In this document: positions 22,207 through 34,194 of the stretch, piece after piece
Layout of the letters: the number at the start of each line of letters is the position of its first letter
Position numbering within the stretch: the stretch's first letter is position 1
From: Octopus bimaculoides
Taxonomy: Eukaryota
DNA length: 40,698 nt
Direction: 5' to 3'
NCBI RefSeq assembly: GCF_001194135.2
Contig: NC_068983.1
Coordinates: forward strand, 47,917,119-47,957,816
Program-made: the position numbers and the translations under genes
The notes under the pieces: generated by a model
Seen by the model: the letters and a program-made list of their open reading frames with translations, nothing else
Told to the model about the DNA's origin: nothing
The model's database searches: none

Positions 22207-22980
22207 TCCAAAATGGAACAAGACGACAATAAAATATCCAGACGGATAGACGACAAAAAGACGGACAGAAAAAACAATAAAATGACGGACGGAAAAAACA
22301 GGGACGGGTCATTCACAGCAATCTCTCATCAGTCACGTTTTGAGACTGTCATTATAGTTTCTGCCGGTTACACTTGAGACTGTTCAAATCTGGCTGGCCC
22401 CAAACATCTAAGCTAGGAGCATTAAATTTTTTTGTGGAAAGCAAGTGAATGTGTACGACATCAAAGAGAAAAAGTCATAAAAAAGGGAGAAAATGTTACA
22501 CAATTACAAATACAAACAACAAGAAAATAACAACAGGTGTCTTTCGACCAAGAAAGACAAATTAAGTCGAGCTAGCGTGTGTAGTGAAAGCCGTGAGGCA
22601 GGAACATAGGAGAACAACATAGATGAAAGTCATGCGACAGGAATGTGAGATGCTTCGCGGTCGGCAGTCGAGCCAAGAAAGAAAGATCATGCTTGGTCGA
22701 ACATCGGTCACGTAGAAGGAAAAGAGAGTGGTAGGGGGCAGAGAGATTGAAGAATTAGGGGCAGAACGAGAAAGTGGAGAAATCAAATGGATATAGAGAA
22801 AGGTACAAGGGAGATAAACGAGTAGAGAAAATAGGGAGATTAAAGAAAGAGAAGGCCAAGAAATGTGAGGGGGCGAGAGAAAGAAAACAGGAAAGAAAGA
22901 AGAAAGTATGAGGGCGGACTAAAAGAAAGAGTAAAAGAATCATGCAGAATTTTGATACATACAAGGTGAGCAAAAGTGTA
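22207..22980 (+). repeat. Interspersed repeat of unknown class (possibly Penelope-related); diverged partial second copy at 23016-23140
   Basis: ggaacaag...gacgacaataaa...aaaacagggacgggtcattcacagcaatctctcatcag recurs as ggaacaag...gacgacaataaa...aaaacaaggacgtgtcattcgcagcaatctttcatcag. Confidence 0.6.
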
Positions 22981-23312
22981 CTACGCCGCTATCTGTATAT
23001 ATAAATAAAAAAAAATGGAACAAGAAAGCGAAAGACGACAATAAAGCAGCCGGACAGGAAAAAAACAAGGACGTGTCATTCGCAGCAATCTTTCATCAGC
23101 CAAGTATCCAGACTCTCATTACAGTTTCCGCCAAGTAACAAAAAATTTAAACGTATATTCTATACATCTTTATTTCTTAATTTCAAATTACGCTAAATAT
23201 TATGAAGAAATGATTATCTCTCTTGTATTATCAATCTGCTAGTGGACTGTGTGTATTTGTGCATGTACGTTCTATGTACGTTCTGTGTGTGTGTGTGTGT
23301 GTGTATGTGTGT

Positions 23313-23354
<42 letters not shown>

Positions 23355-23773
23355 ATGCACAGAGAGTTTACATTGAGAATTTTGTATTTTTCATGATAAA
23401 AATCAGAATTTTTATTCTCATGTTAAAAGCATTGATTGGTTAAACTTAAAAGAAAAAGAAATTCCTTTTCTGAAATTTACGAAAATATTACTGAATTGAA
23501 ACTTAACTAATGACACAGAGAGGTCAGAAAATGATGGTAATGTTTACAAAGCTGATAAGATGACCAGACTTCAGTGTAGCACGACTGTAGTATTTGTGCA
23601 TTAGATGAGAAGCTAAAGCATAACGTTAAATGATTTACATAACCACAGGCACTCAACAGGCAAACCAATTCGCAGTTTAACAACTGCACAACACACATAT
23701 CAGTACCAAAAACCTACAAAATTTCCAGAAGTTTCAATAAAAGTATATTTTTGTGTAGAAGAATAAAATTATA

Positions 23774-23886
23774 ATGATTCAAATATTTAAGGATCTTTTG
23801 TTTTTCTATCTTTGCACCGTATCCGTTGTGTTTCATTTGGGTCCAAATTGCAATCACGAACAGGGTAGGTGCTTATGTGCATTAAG
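23774..23886 (+). CDS. Weak candidate first exon: signal-peptide-like, Cys-rich
   Basis: MIQIFKDLLFFYLCTVSVVFHLGPNCNHEQGRCLCAL followed by donor ag|gtaaat. Short, so chance cannot be excluded. Confidence 0.22.
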
Positions 23887-24561
23887 GTAAATGAGATATA
23901 CTCTAGGATCCTGGTATTCTTCATGCCTATGAGGTGATTGTTATTACACAATAGTGAGCCCGTTGATAATGATGTTGAAGAAAGGTTGAAAACGAAAAAA
24001 TAGTAAGAAAAAACTACAAAAGGTAGTAGAGAGGTTGATCTAATCACATTGATGTTTGAGATTACACTAAGTTTCAGTAAACATTATTTAGACTAAAAGA
24101 GTAACAGTAGAGAAAAATATATGTTGAAAAGAATGAAGGGCTGAATTATGATAGCGAACAGTTTTATCAATGATAAGTTAAAGGTATGTAGCGATAAAAC
24201 TACTAAATGACATATTGATAGCAATTATATAAAGGGATGATGCTGAGATAAGAGACAGGAGCTATAAGGACACTGTACAATAAGATAAAAAATAAATAGA
24301 TGAAAGGATAGGGTATGAAGATAACTACTCTAATAGTGTAATACTGAGAGGTGTGAGAAAGAAAAATATCGGAAAAGTAATAAATAAATATATGAACAAA
24401 ATAAAAATATATAAATGACCATATTCTTTGAACAGATATTGACATTACGGCAATATTTCATGAAGAGTGATATAACATTATGTAGATTTAAAAAGAAATA
24501 TTAAACTCTTGTTATATATAACAAGGCTGATATTGGTAAGGTCCAACACCAAGTAAATACA

Positions 24562-24562
24562 A

Positions 24563-24643
<81 letters not shown>
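24562..24643. repeat. (TATC)n microsatellite, about 20 units
   Basis: Direct reading. Confidence 0.97.
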
Positions 24644-25484
24644 GCCGGTCTAACTCTCTGTCTGTCCAAAGTTGCTTCCATTATATATGATAAGGTTACT
24701 CACTCGCGTTCTTGTAGAACAACTGTGTTGACCACAGTATAGCAGTACAGACTATAAAGGTTTCGTTCTGCTCACAACAATGCAGTATAAGCTCTATGAA
24801 GCAGCTAGCTCACGATCATACAGTATAAAGAGGACAACGTGCATTTCATGACCCGATCTGTATTGTAAAGACGATGACATGGATTTCATGATCATAACTA
24901 TATTATAAAGCCCTATAACATCTAACTTGTGTATTTATATATTCCTCCAGTGCAAACCAAACTGTAAACCGCGTGACAAATAAACAGGATTTACAATTTT
25001 GCGTGTATTCCTGTTCACGTATTGTAACTGTATTCTTTGTTAATAAATTTGGGTTTGAATGTTACACATTGAACGCGTTCATCTTTAACCCTGCAGGCAG
25101 ATGACCATAGGGTGAGATCGTTCTAATTTCAGCTTTGTCTTCCTGAAGCGTGATTCGTCAAAGTAACGGGAGTGTCCGAGTAGTTGAGTTACATTCACAA
25201 TATTGTTACATGTTACGGTAATTAGTTGCTTTTACTATATTGTTATCTAGTCTGTGTTCGAAACAATAAAAAAAAAACAACAACACCATATAAACAAAAT
25301 AAACGTTTGTAACTCTTTGTATCAGTTACTTGACAGCGGCCATACTGGAACATCGGCTTGGCGAAATGGTCGAACAAATGGACATCAGCATTTACTTTAG
25401 CCTCGTATAAATTCTATCGATCTCCTTTGGTGAACTATTAAATTATAGGGGCATACACAAACGAATAGTGGTTGTTGTTTTTTT

Positions 25485-25640
25485 CTTTTACTTGTTTCAG
25501 TCATTTGACTGCGGCCATGCTGGAGCACCACCTTTAGTCGATCAAATCGACCCCAGGACTTATTCTTTGTAAGCCTAGTACTTATTCTATCGGTCCCTTT
25601 TGCCGAACCGCTAAGTTACGGGGACGTAAACACACCAGCA
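25485..25640 (-). mobile_element. Young SINE family A 3' half, interrupted at 25641; a matching head lies at about 25824-25876
   Basis: Near-identical to 33395-33552. The head ggactgaacccggaaccatgtg...ttaccacacagcc resumes after the inserted pieces. Confidence 0.88.
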
Positions 25641-25682
25641 CCTGATGAAGGCTGGAGGGTATATCAGCCGAAACGTTGTGTT
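25637..25682 (+). ncRNA. Minimal type-I hammerhead ribozyme motif (Penelope-type)
   Basis: agcac-CTGATGA-a-GGCTG(gagggtatat)CAGCC-GAAA-CGTT-gtgtt: intact core, 5-bp stem II, 5-bp stem I, palindromic ACGT stem III, GUU triplet. Confidence 0.65.
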
Positions 25683-25770
25683 AACAACAAACAAGATGAG
25701 GACAAATATCCGTCAAATGTAAATAATGTAGATAATTTCTCATCTCTCAACTATTGAATTGCTTGTATTC
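25641..25770 (+). mobile_element. Penelope-like pseudo-LTR fragment inserted in SINE A
   Basis: An abrupt break in SINE homology followed by a hammerhead motif and a non-SINE AT-rich tail. The Penelope assignment is an inference from the ribozyme signature. Confidence 0.55.
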
Positions 25771-26788
25771 TATCAACTACCAAAAGATGAAATGCAAATT
25801 CAAGCAGTGCGGAATTTGAATTCTGAATGTAAAGAAACGGACTGAACCCGGAACCATGTGATTTGTAAGCAAGTTACTTACCACACAGCCAACACATACA
25901 CACATACATATATATCTTTGTATATATGTATGTATGTGTGTATATATGTGTATATATATATATATGTATGCATATATATGTATGTATGTATATATATATG
26001 TGTGTGTGTGTGTGTATGTGTGTGCTCGTGTGTGTATGTGTGTACATATGTACTCAGCGGAATCCCACACGGCTTCCCTGTATCAAACTCGTTCTTAAGG
26101 CAGTGGTCGGCCTCAGGCTGCATGAGAATACCTTTCACTCATTTTGCCTGCCCTCCATTAGGACTGAACCTAAGTACATGGCTGCCGGCGGAATTGTTAG
26201 CCACACAGTAATTCTTTCAACTTTATATAAATACTTTCCTCTGTGTTAGTGTTAATATAATTTAGAAATTAGTTTACAAATGACAACATTATAAACACTT
26301 ATCATTTCGTGAAAGGCATATACGGTAGGGACATCTGCTGAGTTTCTATGATATGTAGCATCGTTAATGAATAGTTAAAAGGTTTGACACTTGACAATAG
26401 TTGAAAACAGTGCAGTTCTCACCTACACTGCTTTTAGCCTTTCAATTCATATAGTTGAGACGTTTCAATGGTTGAGACATTTCAATCATCATAACGTTAT
26501 TTATATTTGTTCATATACTCATACAAAGACACGGGTCGTTACAAGTATCAGTTTCTATGGTTAACATGTATGTATATGTATATGTATATGTAAATGTGGG
26601 TTAGATCGCTTTGAGTGCTACGAGATAGAATATTCATTTTCTAATCCATTGATATACATACATATATAAATACATACACAAATACATGTACACAAACACA
26701 CACACACACGCGTATATATGTGTACATCTATCTATCTATCTATCTATCAATCTATCTCAGTGTATGTGTGTATATATGCATTACACAC

Positions 26789-26826
<38 letters not shown>

Positions 26827-27237
26827 NNNNNNNNNNNNNNNNNNNNNNNNNNNNNNNNNNNNNNNNNNNNNNNNNNNNNNNNNNNNNNNNNNNNNNNNNN
26901 NNNNNNNNNNNNNNNNNNNNNNNNNNNNNNNNNNNNNNNNNNNNNNNNNNNNNNNNNNNNNNNNNNNNNNNNNNNNNNNNNNNNNNNNNNNNNNNNNNNN
27001 NNNNNNNNNATATACAAGAATAAGGGCAGGGAATCGTCAATTAATAATAGAATTAATAATTAACAATTTTGCCAAGTAGTTCAGTCCCTCCGGTTTTTTG
27101 TTCTATGTGTGCCATAAGTATTGCCATACGTTTAGAGAAAAATTTGTAGTTTAGAATCAGTAGTTCTTTGACTGCTATTTCTAAATTTTCAGTATGTTGG
27201 AGAAGCAACTCAATGCAAATCCCTGTATATTTATGAT

Positions 27238-27288
<51 letters not shown>

Positions 27289-27479
27289 GCGTAATGTATA
27301 CGTTTTATATATATTATATATCATATATGATATATATATATATATTATATAAGTGAAAGAATAGATGTTTATTCCACTAGTTGACAGATCCTTCGTTATA
27401 CATTGTAGTTGCATAATCGGTGCTACATCATTCGTCTCACATATGTAGATAATTCATACATACATACATACATATATTC

Positions 27480-27732
27480 CCCCCTCTCTCACTCTTACTC
27501 TCTACACTCTTACTCTCCTACTCTCTACACTCTTACTCTCCTACTCTCTACACTCTTACTCTCTTACTCTCTCACCCTTACTCTCTCACTCTCTTCCCCT
27601 CTCTCTCACTCTCTTTCTCTTCCTCTCTTTCTCCCCCCATACCCCTCTTCCCTCTCTCTCACTCTCTTTCTCTTCCTCTCTTTCTCTTCCTCTCTTTCTC
27701 TTCCTCTCTTTCTCTTCCTCTCTTTCTCTTCC
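27480..27732. repeat. CT-rich minisatellite/microsatellite (about 23-bp ctactctctacactcttactctc and 12-bp ctctttctcttc units)
   Basis: Direct reading; runs into a gap. Confidence 0.9.
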
Positions 27733-28622
27733 NNNNNNNNNNNNNNNNNNNNNNNNNNNNNNNNNNNNNNNNNNNNNNNNNNNNNNNNNNNNNNNNNNNN
27801 NNNNNNNNNNNNNNNNNNNNNNNNNNNNNNNNNNNNNNNNNNNNNNNNNNNNNNNNNNNNNNNNNNNNNNNNNNNNNNNNNNNNNNNNNNNNNNNNNNNN
27901 NNNNNNNNNNNNNNNNNNNNNNNNNNNNNNNNNNNNNNNNNNNNNNNNNNNNNNNNNNNNNNNNNNNNNNNNNNNNNNNNNNNNNNNNNNNNNNNNNNNN
28001 NNNNNNNNNNNNNNNNNNNNNNNNNNNNNNNNNNNNNNNNNNNNNNNNNNNNNNNNNNNNNNNNNNNNNNNNNNNNNNNNNNNNNNNNNNNNNNNNNNNN
28101 NNNNNNNNNNNNNNNNNNNNNNNNNNNNNNNNNNNNNNNNNNNNNNNNNNNNNNNNNNNNNNNNNNNNNNNNNNNNNNNNNNNNNNNNNNNNNNNNNNNN
28201 NNNNNNNNNNNNNNNNNNNNNNNNNNNNNNNNNNNNNNNNNNNNNNNNNNNNNNNNNNNNNNNNNNNNNNNNNNNNNNNNNNNNNNNNNNNNNNNNNNNN
28301 NNNNNNNNNNNNNNNNNNNNNNNNNNNNNNNNNNNNNNNNNNNNNNNNNNNNNNNNNNNNNNNNNNNNNNNNNNNNNNNNNNNNNNNNNNNNNNNNNNNN
28401 NNNNNNNNNNNNNNNNNNNNNNNNNNNNNNNNNNNNNNNNNNNNNNNNNNNNNNNNNNNNNNNNNNNNNNNNNNNNNNNNNNNNNNNNNNNNNNNNNNNN
28501 NNNNNNNNNNNNNNNNNNNNNNNNNNNNNNNNNNNNNNNNNNNNNNNNNNNNNNNNNNNNNNNNNNNNNNNNNNNNNNNNNNNNNNNNNNNNNNNNNNNN
28601 NNNNNNNNNNNNNNNNNNNNNN

Positions 28623-28657
<35 letters not shown>

Positions 28658-29807
28658 AATGCACATACATATACGTATACATATATGTATATATGTATAT
28701 ATGTATATATGCATATATACGTACATATATATATGAATGTACGTATATCTATCTATCTATCTGTCTATTTATCTATATAATTATGCTGTAATGTAGCTGA
28801 CAGACTACTCTCAGAACATTCCATGGCTGGTCAAAACTATTCTTCTTTTCCATAGCTATGTACACAGGCAGAATAGATGTTATCTGAAATACAGATCGCA
28901 TTTCTGAGTTCAAATCCAACTGGAACAATCTATTTTTCTCCCTTTCGTGATCGATAAATACCATACTAATTTAGGACCCAGCCATGTTCGAATACCTTAC
29001 TATATTTCTTCCAGTACTTGTTGCGATTCTGTGAGCTGACGAGATACTTTCCGGGTTTCTACCACACTTACATCTGTTAACATTTACGTGTGAGTCATGA
29101 TGTGTTAAATGTTTTGCCACGGATTTCGGAACACAATGTAAAATGTCATTGGCTTAAAAACAATATTACTGTCCTACTTGCAAACTATGAGTGTGTCGCC
29201 CTTATATTTCACCAGTTGTCACATTCTGTTTATGTGTTAGACTTTATGAAAATGTAGGCTTTTAAAAAACCCATATATTTTGCAGAGTCTATGTACAAAA
29301 TACATTTCTATTTTTAAAAAATGCTATAAAAGGAAGATCTAGTAAAAGATATTGTTGCCGTAAAAGGAATAGCAACAACAGAACACGTACTTCCTGATAA
29401 GTCATCAAAGTCTATTATTATAGAGAAAAATATAGGACGTCTGAATGTTTGAATGACAGAAAAGATGCAGTATTGTGTTACACTATTTAGTTCCGTTTCA
29501 CTGCTTTTCAATTTTAGACGTATCTCTTGGGTCGACAAAAAACATGCATTAACAATAGGCTTAGTCGATGCAATCGTCTATATCCTGTCTATTGAAATAT
29601 GTGGCTGCGTGGCAATGTAAGGAGTCACGATTATTTTAAATATATACTGAATGATTTCATACAGGTTTTCATATATTTCCTCAAATTAAAAGTGAATTTA
29701 TTCGCGGAAATCGGTGATCGCTTAGATTCTATGCAAACCTCATTTTTGTAGGTTTATAATAAAATATGAGTCACATTCACAACTTTGTGGCAAGGGTAGA
29801 GCCCCCA

Positions 29808-30040
29808 GGCGGCGAGCTGGCAGAAACGTTAGCGCGCCGGGCGAAATGCTTAGCGGTATTTCGCCTGCCGTTTCGTTCTGAGTTCAAATTCCGCCGGGGT
29901 CGACTTTGCCTTTCATCCTTTCGGGGTCGATAAATTAAGTACCAGTTACGCACTGGAATCAATGTAATCGACTTAATCCCGTTGTCTGTCCTTGTTTGTC
30001 CCCTCTATGTTTAGCCTCTTGTAGGCAATAAAGAAATAGG
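29808..30040 (+). mobile_element. Young full-length SINE family B
   Basis: ggcggcgagctggcagaaacgttagcgcgccgggcgaaatgcttagcgg...gagttcaaattccgccggggtcgactttgcctttcatcctttcggggtcgataaattaagtaccag...caataaagaaatag. Confidence 0.92.
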
Positions 30041-30109
30041 AATAGAACCACCAATCTCACCCCGTAAAACTTTACACAACACCCGGGATTGTTGGTAGAC
30101 AGTGAGGGC

Positions 30110-30760
30110 GATATCGTCAAACCAGCCGAGAGAGCAAGCAGGTTCCTGTAAGAACTACAGTGCGATGGATGATATAGTCACAGTAACACAGCTTATAGAA
30201 CGAGCGAATCAATACAAGCTGCCTGTGTGCATCGCTGTCCATGACTACGAAAAAACCTTCGATGCTTGAAATCTGTGGAAATCCGAGGCGTCGAGGCACA
30301 CTACATTAAACTATTCAGTGACGCGAACTCTGGATGCTATCGGCACAAGTAAGAGTTTCAGTAGAGAAAGGCGTCAAACAAGAAATACTATCTCGCCAAG
30401 GTGGCTCTTCACCACATGTTTAGAAATGGTCATCAGAGACTTAATGGATAGGCGAACATCAACGGCGAACTATCCGATTCGCAGATGATATTGTAGTCAT
30501 CAATGGAACCACGGATGAGCTGCAGACCATGGCAGAAAGATGGACATCCAGAGCAAGACTTAACTTGAATCGTATGAAAACAAAATACATGCGGTGCGAA
30601 GATGCAGCACAAGGCAAAATATAGGTGGGAAGCGATGAAATCGACGAGGTAAAGGGGTACGTTACTTAGGGTACCAAAAAATATGCGTCGAGATATGGAT
30701 GCTGAATCCACGAAGAGAATAAGGCAGGATGAATAGAGCTTACCTCAATAAATCTGTACA
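30110..30760 (+). mobile_element. RTE-clade LINE reverse-transcriptase fragment, pseudogenised
   Basis: QPREQAG..KNYSAMDDIVTVTQLIERANQYKLPVCIAVHDYEKTFD; EKGVKQ..TISP; IRFADDIV (FADD at 30478-30489); LNLNRMKTKYM; YLG. Frameshifted. Confidence 0.88.
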
Positions 30761-30780
30761 TAACTCCAACAATCTTACAA

Positions 30781-30902
30781 ACATATATACATACGTACAT
30801 ACATAGGTACATACATACGTACATGCTTACATACACACATACATACATATATACATACATACATACATACATATATACATACATACATGCATACATACAT
30901 AC
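30781..30902. repeat. (TACA)n microsatellite
   Basis: Direct reading. Confidence 0.95.
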
Positions 30903-31540
30903 ATGGTGGAAGCCACTGTCACTCATGATAAAAAAGGAACACTGGTAGAACGTTCCAGTGAAAACCTCAATAAAATGTAAGCACAATAGACCTGACATAA
31001 TGATTTGGGATAGAGAAATGAAACTGTGTACAAGTGTGGAAGTTAGCTGATCAACGGATGCTAATATAAAGCTGAAGATCAGTGAAAATGATAATACCTA
31101 TGCTGAACTATTGAAAAATTTGTAGTTACTCTATCCACATAATAAGTTCAGGTTTATACCTGTAATTATTGGGACCTTGGGATATGTAACACAATGTCTA
31201 AATACCAATCGCGAGAAATTAGGCTTCTCAAAACCAGAAAGGAGAGGGCTGATTCAAAGACTATAGATCCAATCCATCACTGAAACTGTAAAAATCTGTA
31301 AAACTTACCAGAAGTTTATCAATTGAATATGAGCATGTTTAAATATGCAAGTATATGCATGAGAATACAAACATAAAACAAATCATACAAATCTTCACGT
31401 ATGCATACATAGATGCATACGTACTTACATACATACCGTGTTGTTGATGATGAAATTTCAACGAAGAAGCCTTGGATCTAGGTTAGAAACCGTCTCCTTC
31501 TCTATTGGTTAGAAATCTTGAAATAAAACTGAATAATGAC
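30903..31540 (+). mobile_element. R4/Dong-like non-LTR element 3' end: restriction-like endonuclease domain and 3' UTR
   Basis: HW*NVPVKTSIKCKHNRPDIMIWDREMKLCTSVEVS*STDANIKLKISE..NTYAELL...FIPVIIGTLG...*(31326) shows the PD..D..EV(S) RLE signature. There are 4 premature stops, and the element ends in gacatacatacata. Confidence 0.82.
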
Positions 31541-32598
31541 ATACATACATAACCATAAGCATATATATGTATACATATGTATGTATGCATGTATGTATGT
31601 ATGTATGTATGTGTGTATGTATGTATGTATGTATGTATGTATGTATACTTTTAAAATCTGGCACACCGTTTCGTTTCGCGTAATAAATTCTAGCGTGTAT
31701 ACATTTAATATTTTGGACGGAAGTATACTGGATGAAATACAGCCACACGCAATCATTTGTCTTCACACCAATATTGTTACGTGGTAACTCCAGTTCATCT
31801 ACGTAAGTACAGTTGACGTATATAGGTTTATATGTGCTTTTAAAATCCTGGAGATTAGTGAATAAAAAATGGAAAAAAAAAATGGAATAAAATGTACTGA
31901 AACATTTATCAGTATGAAATTCTGCATAAAATTAAGAAATATGATAATAAATTTCTCATGAGAGCTTTGAAGTAACAACTACAAAAAAAAAAGAAAAGGA
32001 AAAAGAAAAAAGAAAGCTATAAAATATAAAATATAAAAGCAAAACAAAAAATATTAAAAAATTGAACAACAATTTTAAAGCATTAGATATTGAATGTAAA
32101 TATAAGAATCCGAGAACTAGTATTTTTTTTTAAACCTAACATTTCTCATAGGAAATTGGATATCGATAAATATGGATTCGAAGACCTCTGTTAAAAACCA
32201 TCCAATTATATGCTGCAATATTATTTCGTATTTCTAAAATAGAAGTAAGTTAGAAGAATTGGTAGAGTGCTGAACGAAATGCATATCACTTAATTTGGTG
32301 TACCTTAACGATTCGACTTTCAAACCACGCCGGAAATCGAATTTGCAATTCGTATAAGACTGGCATCTACTTTCCCTATTCCTCAAGGAGTAAATGTAAA
32401 TTCTATGAAAATAAACAAAACGTAACACTGTAAGTAATGCTTAGATTTGTTTTTCTTTCTATATTTATTTGGCATTTTTGGCGAAATACAGACACACTAA
32501 TATAGATATGTGTGTGTGAAACTGTGTGTATACATACACATATACATATATACATTCATATAAATATATTCATAAGCACTCCTGTGCGTGTGTGTGTG

Positions 32599-32633
<35 letters not shown>

Positions 32634-32646
32634 TTGTGTGTGTGTG

Positions 32647-32678
<32 letters not shown>

Positions 32679-33384
32679 NNNNNNNNNNNNNNNNNNNNNN
32701 NNNNNNNNNNNNNNNNNNNNNNNNNNNNNNNNNNNNNNNNNNNNNNNNNNNNNNNNNNNNNNNNNNNNNNNNNNNNNNNNNNNNNNNNNNNNNNNNNNNN
32801 NNNNNNNNNNNNNNNNNNNNNNNNNNNNNNNNNNNNNNNNNNNNNNNNNNNNNNNNNNNNNNNNNNNNNNNNNNNNNNNNNNNNNNNNNNNNNNNNNNNN
32901 NNNNNNNNNNNNNNNNNNNNNNNNNNNNNNNNNNNNNNNNNNNNNNNNNNNNNNNNNNNNNNNNNNNNNNNNNNNNNNNNNNNNNNNNNNNNNNNNNNNN
33001 ACGAGGGAAGCTGGAAAGTTCTTGGCTTTGGGTAAAATACAAGGGAATCGGTTAATTAATGATTCTATTCTACATATTCATCTCACAGATTCACATTCTC
33101 ATTGCAGCCGTTCTTCATCTTTTCTAAGCTCTGTAAAATAACTTAAAAGGTTGGGCCTCCAACCAGGCCCGTCGGGACACCCTTAGAGCAAGGAACATAT
33201 TAGCCACTCCACCTCGTGTACACACACACGCACACACATTGTATATCTTGTGCGTGGAGGTAAGTGTACGACTGTTACTAGTGAGTTTAGTGCCTCAGCA
33301 TCAGCAACCCTCACTGCAGAGGATGCCAATAACCACAATGCTGAAACGGACGTAGGGAATAAATAATTTAAACTGCATTCTTTT

Positions 33385-33787
33385 TTTACTCTCTTTTACT
33401 TGTTTTTTTCAGTCATTTGACTGCGTCCATGCTTGAGAACCGTCTTTAGTCAAGCAAATCGACCCCAGGACTTATTCTTTGTAAGCCGAGTACTTATTCT
33501 ATCGGTCTCTTTTGCCGAACCGCTACCTTACGGGGACGTAAACACACCAGCATCGGTTGTCAAGTGATGTTGGGGGGATAAACACAGACACACAAACACA
33601 CACACACACACACACACAAACACACATATATATACATATATATATATATATATACGACGGGATTTTTTCAGTTTCCGTCTACCAAATCCAGTCACAAGGT
33701 TTTGGTCGGCCCGCAGCTATAGTAGAAGACACTTGCCCAAGGTGCCACGCAGTGGGACTGAACCTGGAGCCATGTGGTTGGTAAGCG
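33385..33787 (-). mobile_element. Near full-length SINE family A with an internal (CA)/(TA) tract
   Basis: Head ...ccacatggctccaggttcagtcccactgcgtggcaccttgggcaagtgtcttc, internal microsatellite at 33590-33655, and tail gactgaaaaaaacaagtaaaagagagtaaaa. Confidence 0.92.
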
Positions 33788-34037
33788 TCTATTCTTAATC
33801 GATTTCGAACATTTTCTTTCGGAAGCACTTACCTTGAATTTTTATCCCTTTATTTGTCACTCCTCCATTCGGCACCTGAGCCCAACGTATATGGTGCATA
33901 GTTGTCAGACATGACTTTTACACGTAAGTTTGTTCACTGATTTATAAATTTATATGTATATATATTCCATTGTGTGTTTTAAATTATGCTTTGAAATTTG
34001 TATTCATTGCCTTGATATGTTCTTTCTATAATTTCCC

Positions 34038-34073
<36 letters not shown>

Positions 34074-34151
34074 ATACATACATATATATGGATGCATAAA
34101 CGTGTAAGTATATATACATGTACATACTTCAAATATATGTATGTATATATG

Positions 34152-34194
<43 letters not shown>

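Noticed and set aside
29001-29152. Possible minus-strand internal exon (ag|CC AAT GAC...AAT ATA|gtaag)
   Set aside because: It has plausible splice sites and one open frame (NDILHCVPKS...TGRNI), but no recognisable homology and no phase-compatible partner exons were found.
30110-31326. RT fragment followed by an RLE domain as a single novel chimeric retrotransposon
   Set aside because: The RT is RTE-type (normally paired with an N-terminal APE). It is separated from the RLE by a 120-bp microsatellite, with no CCHC zinc knuckle between them. Two independent insertions is simpler.
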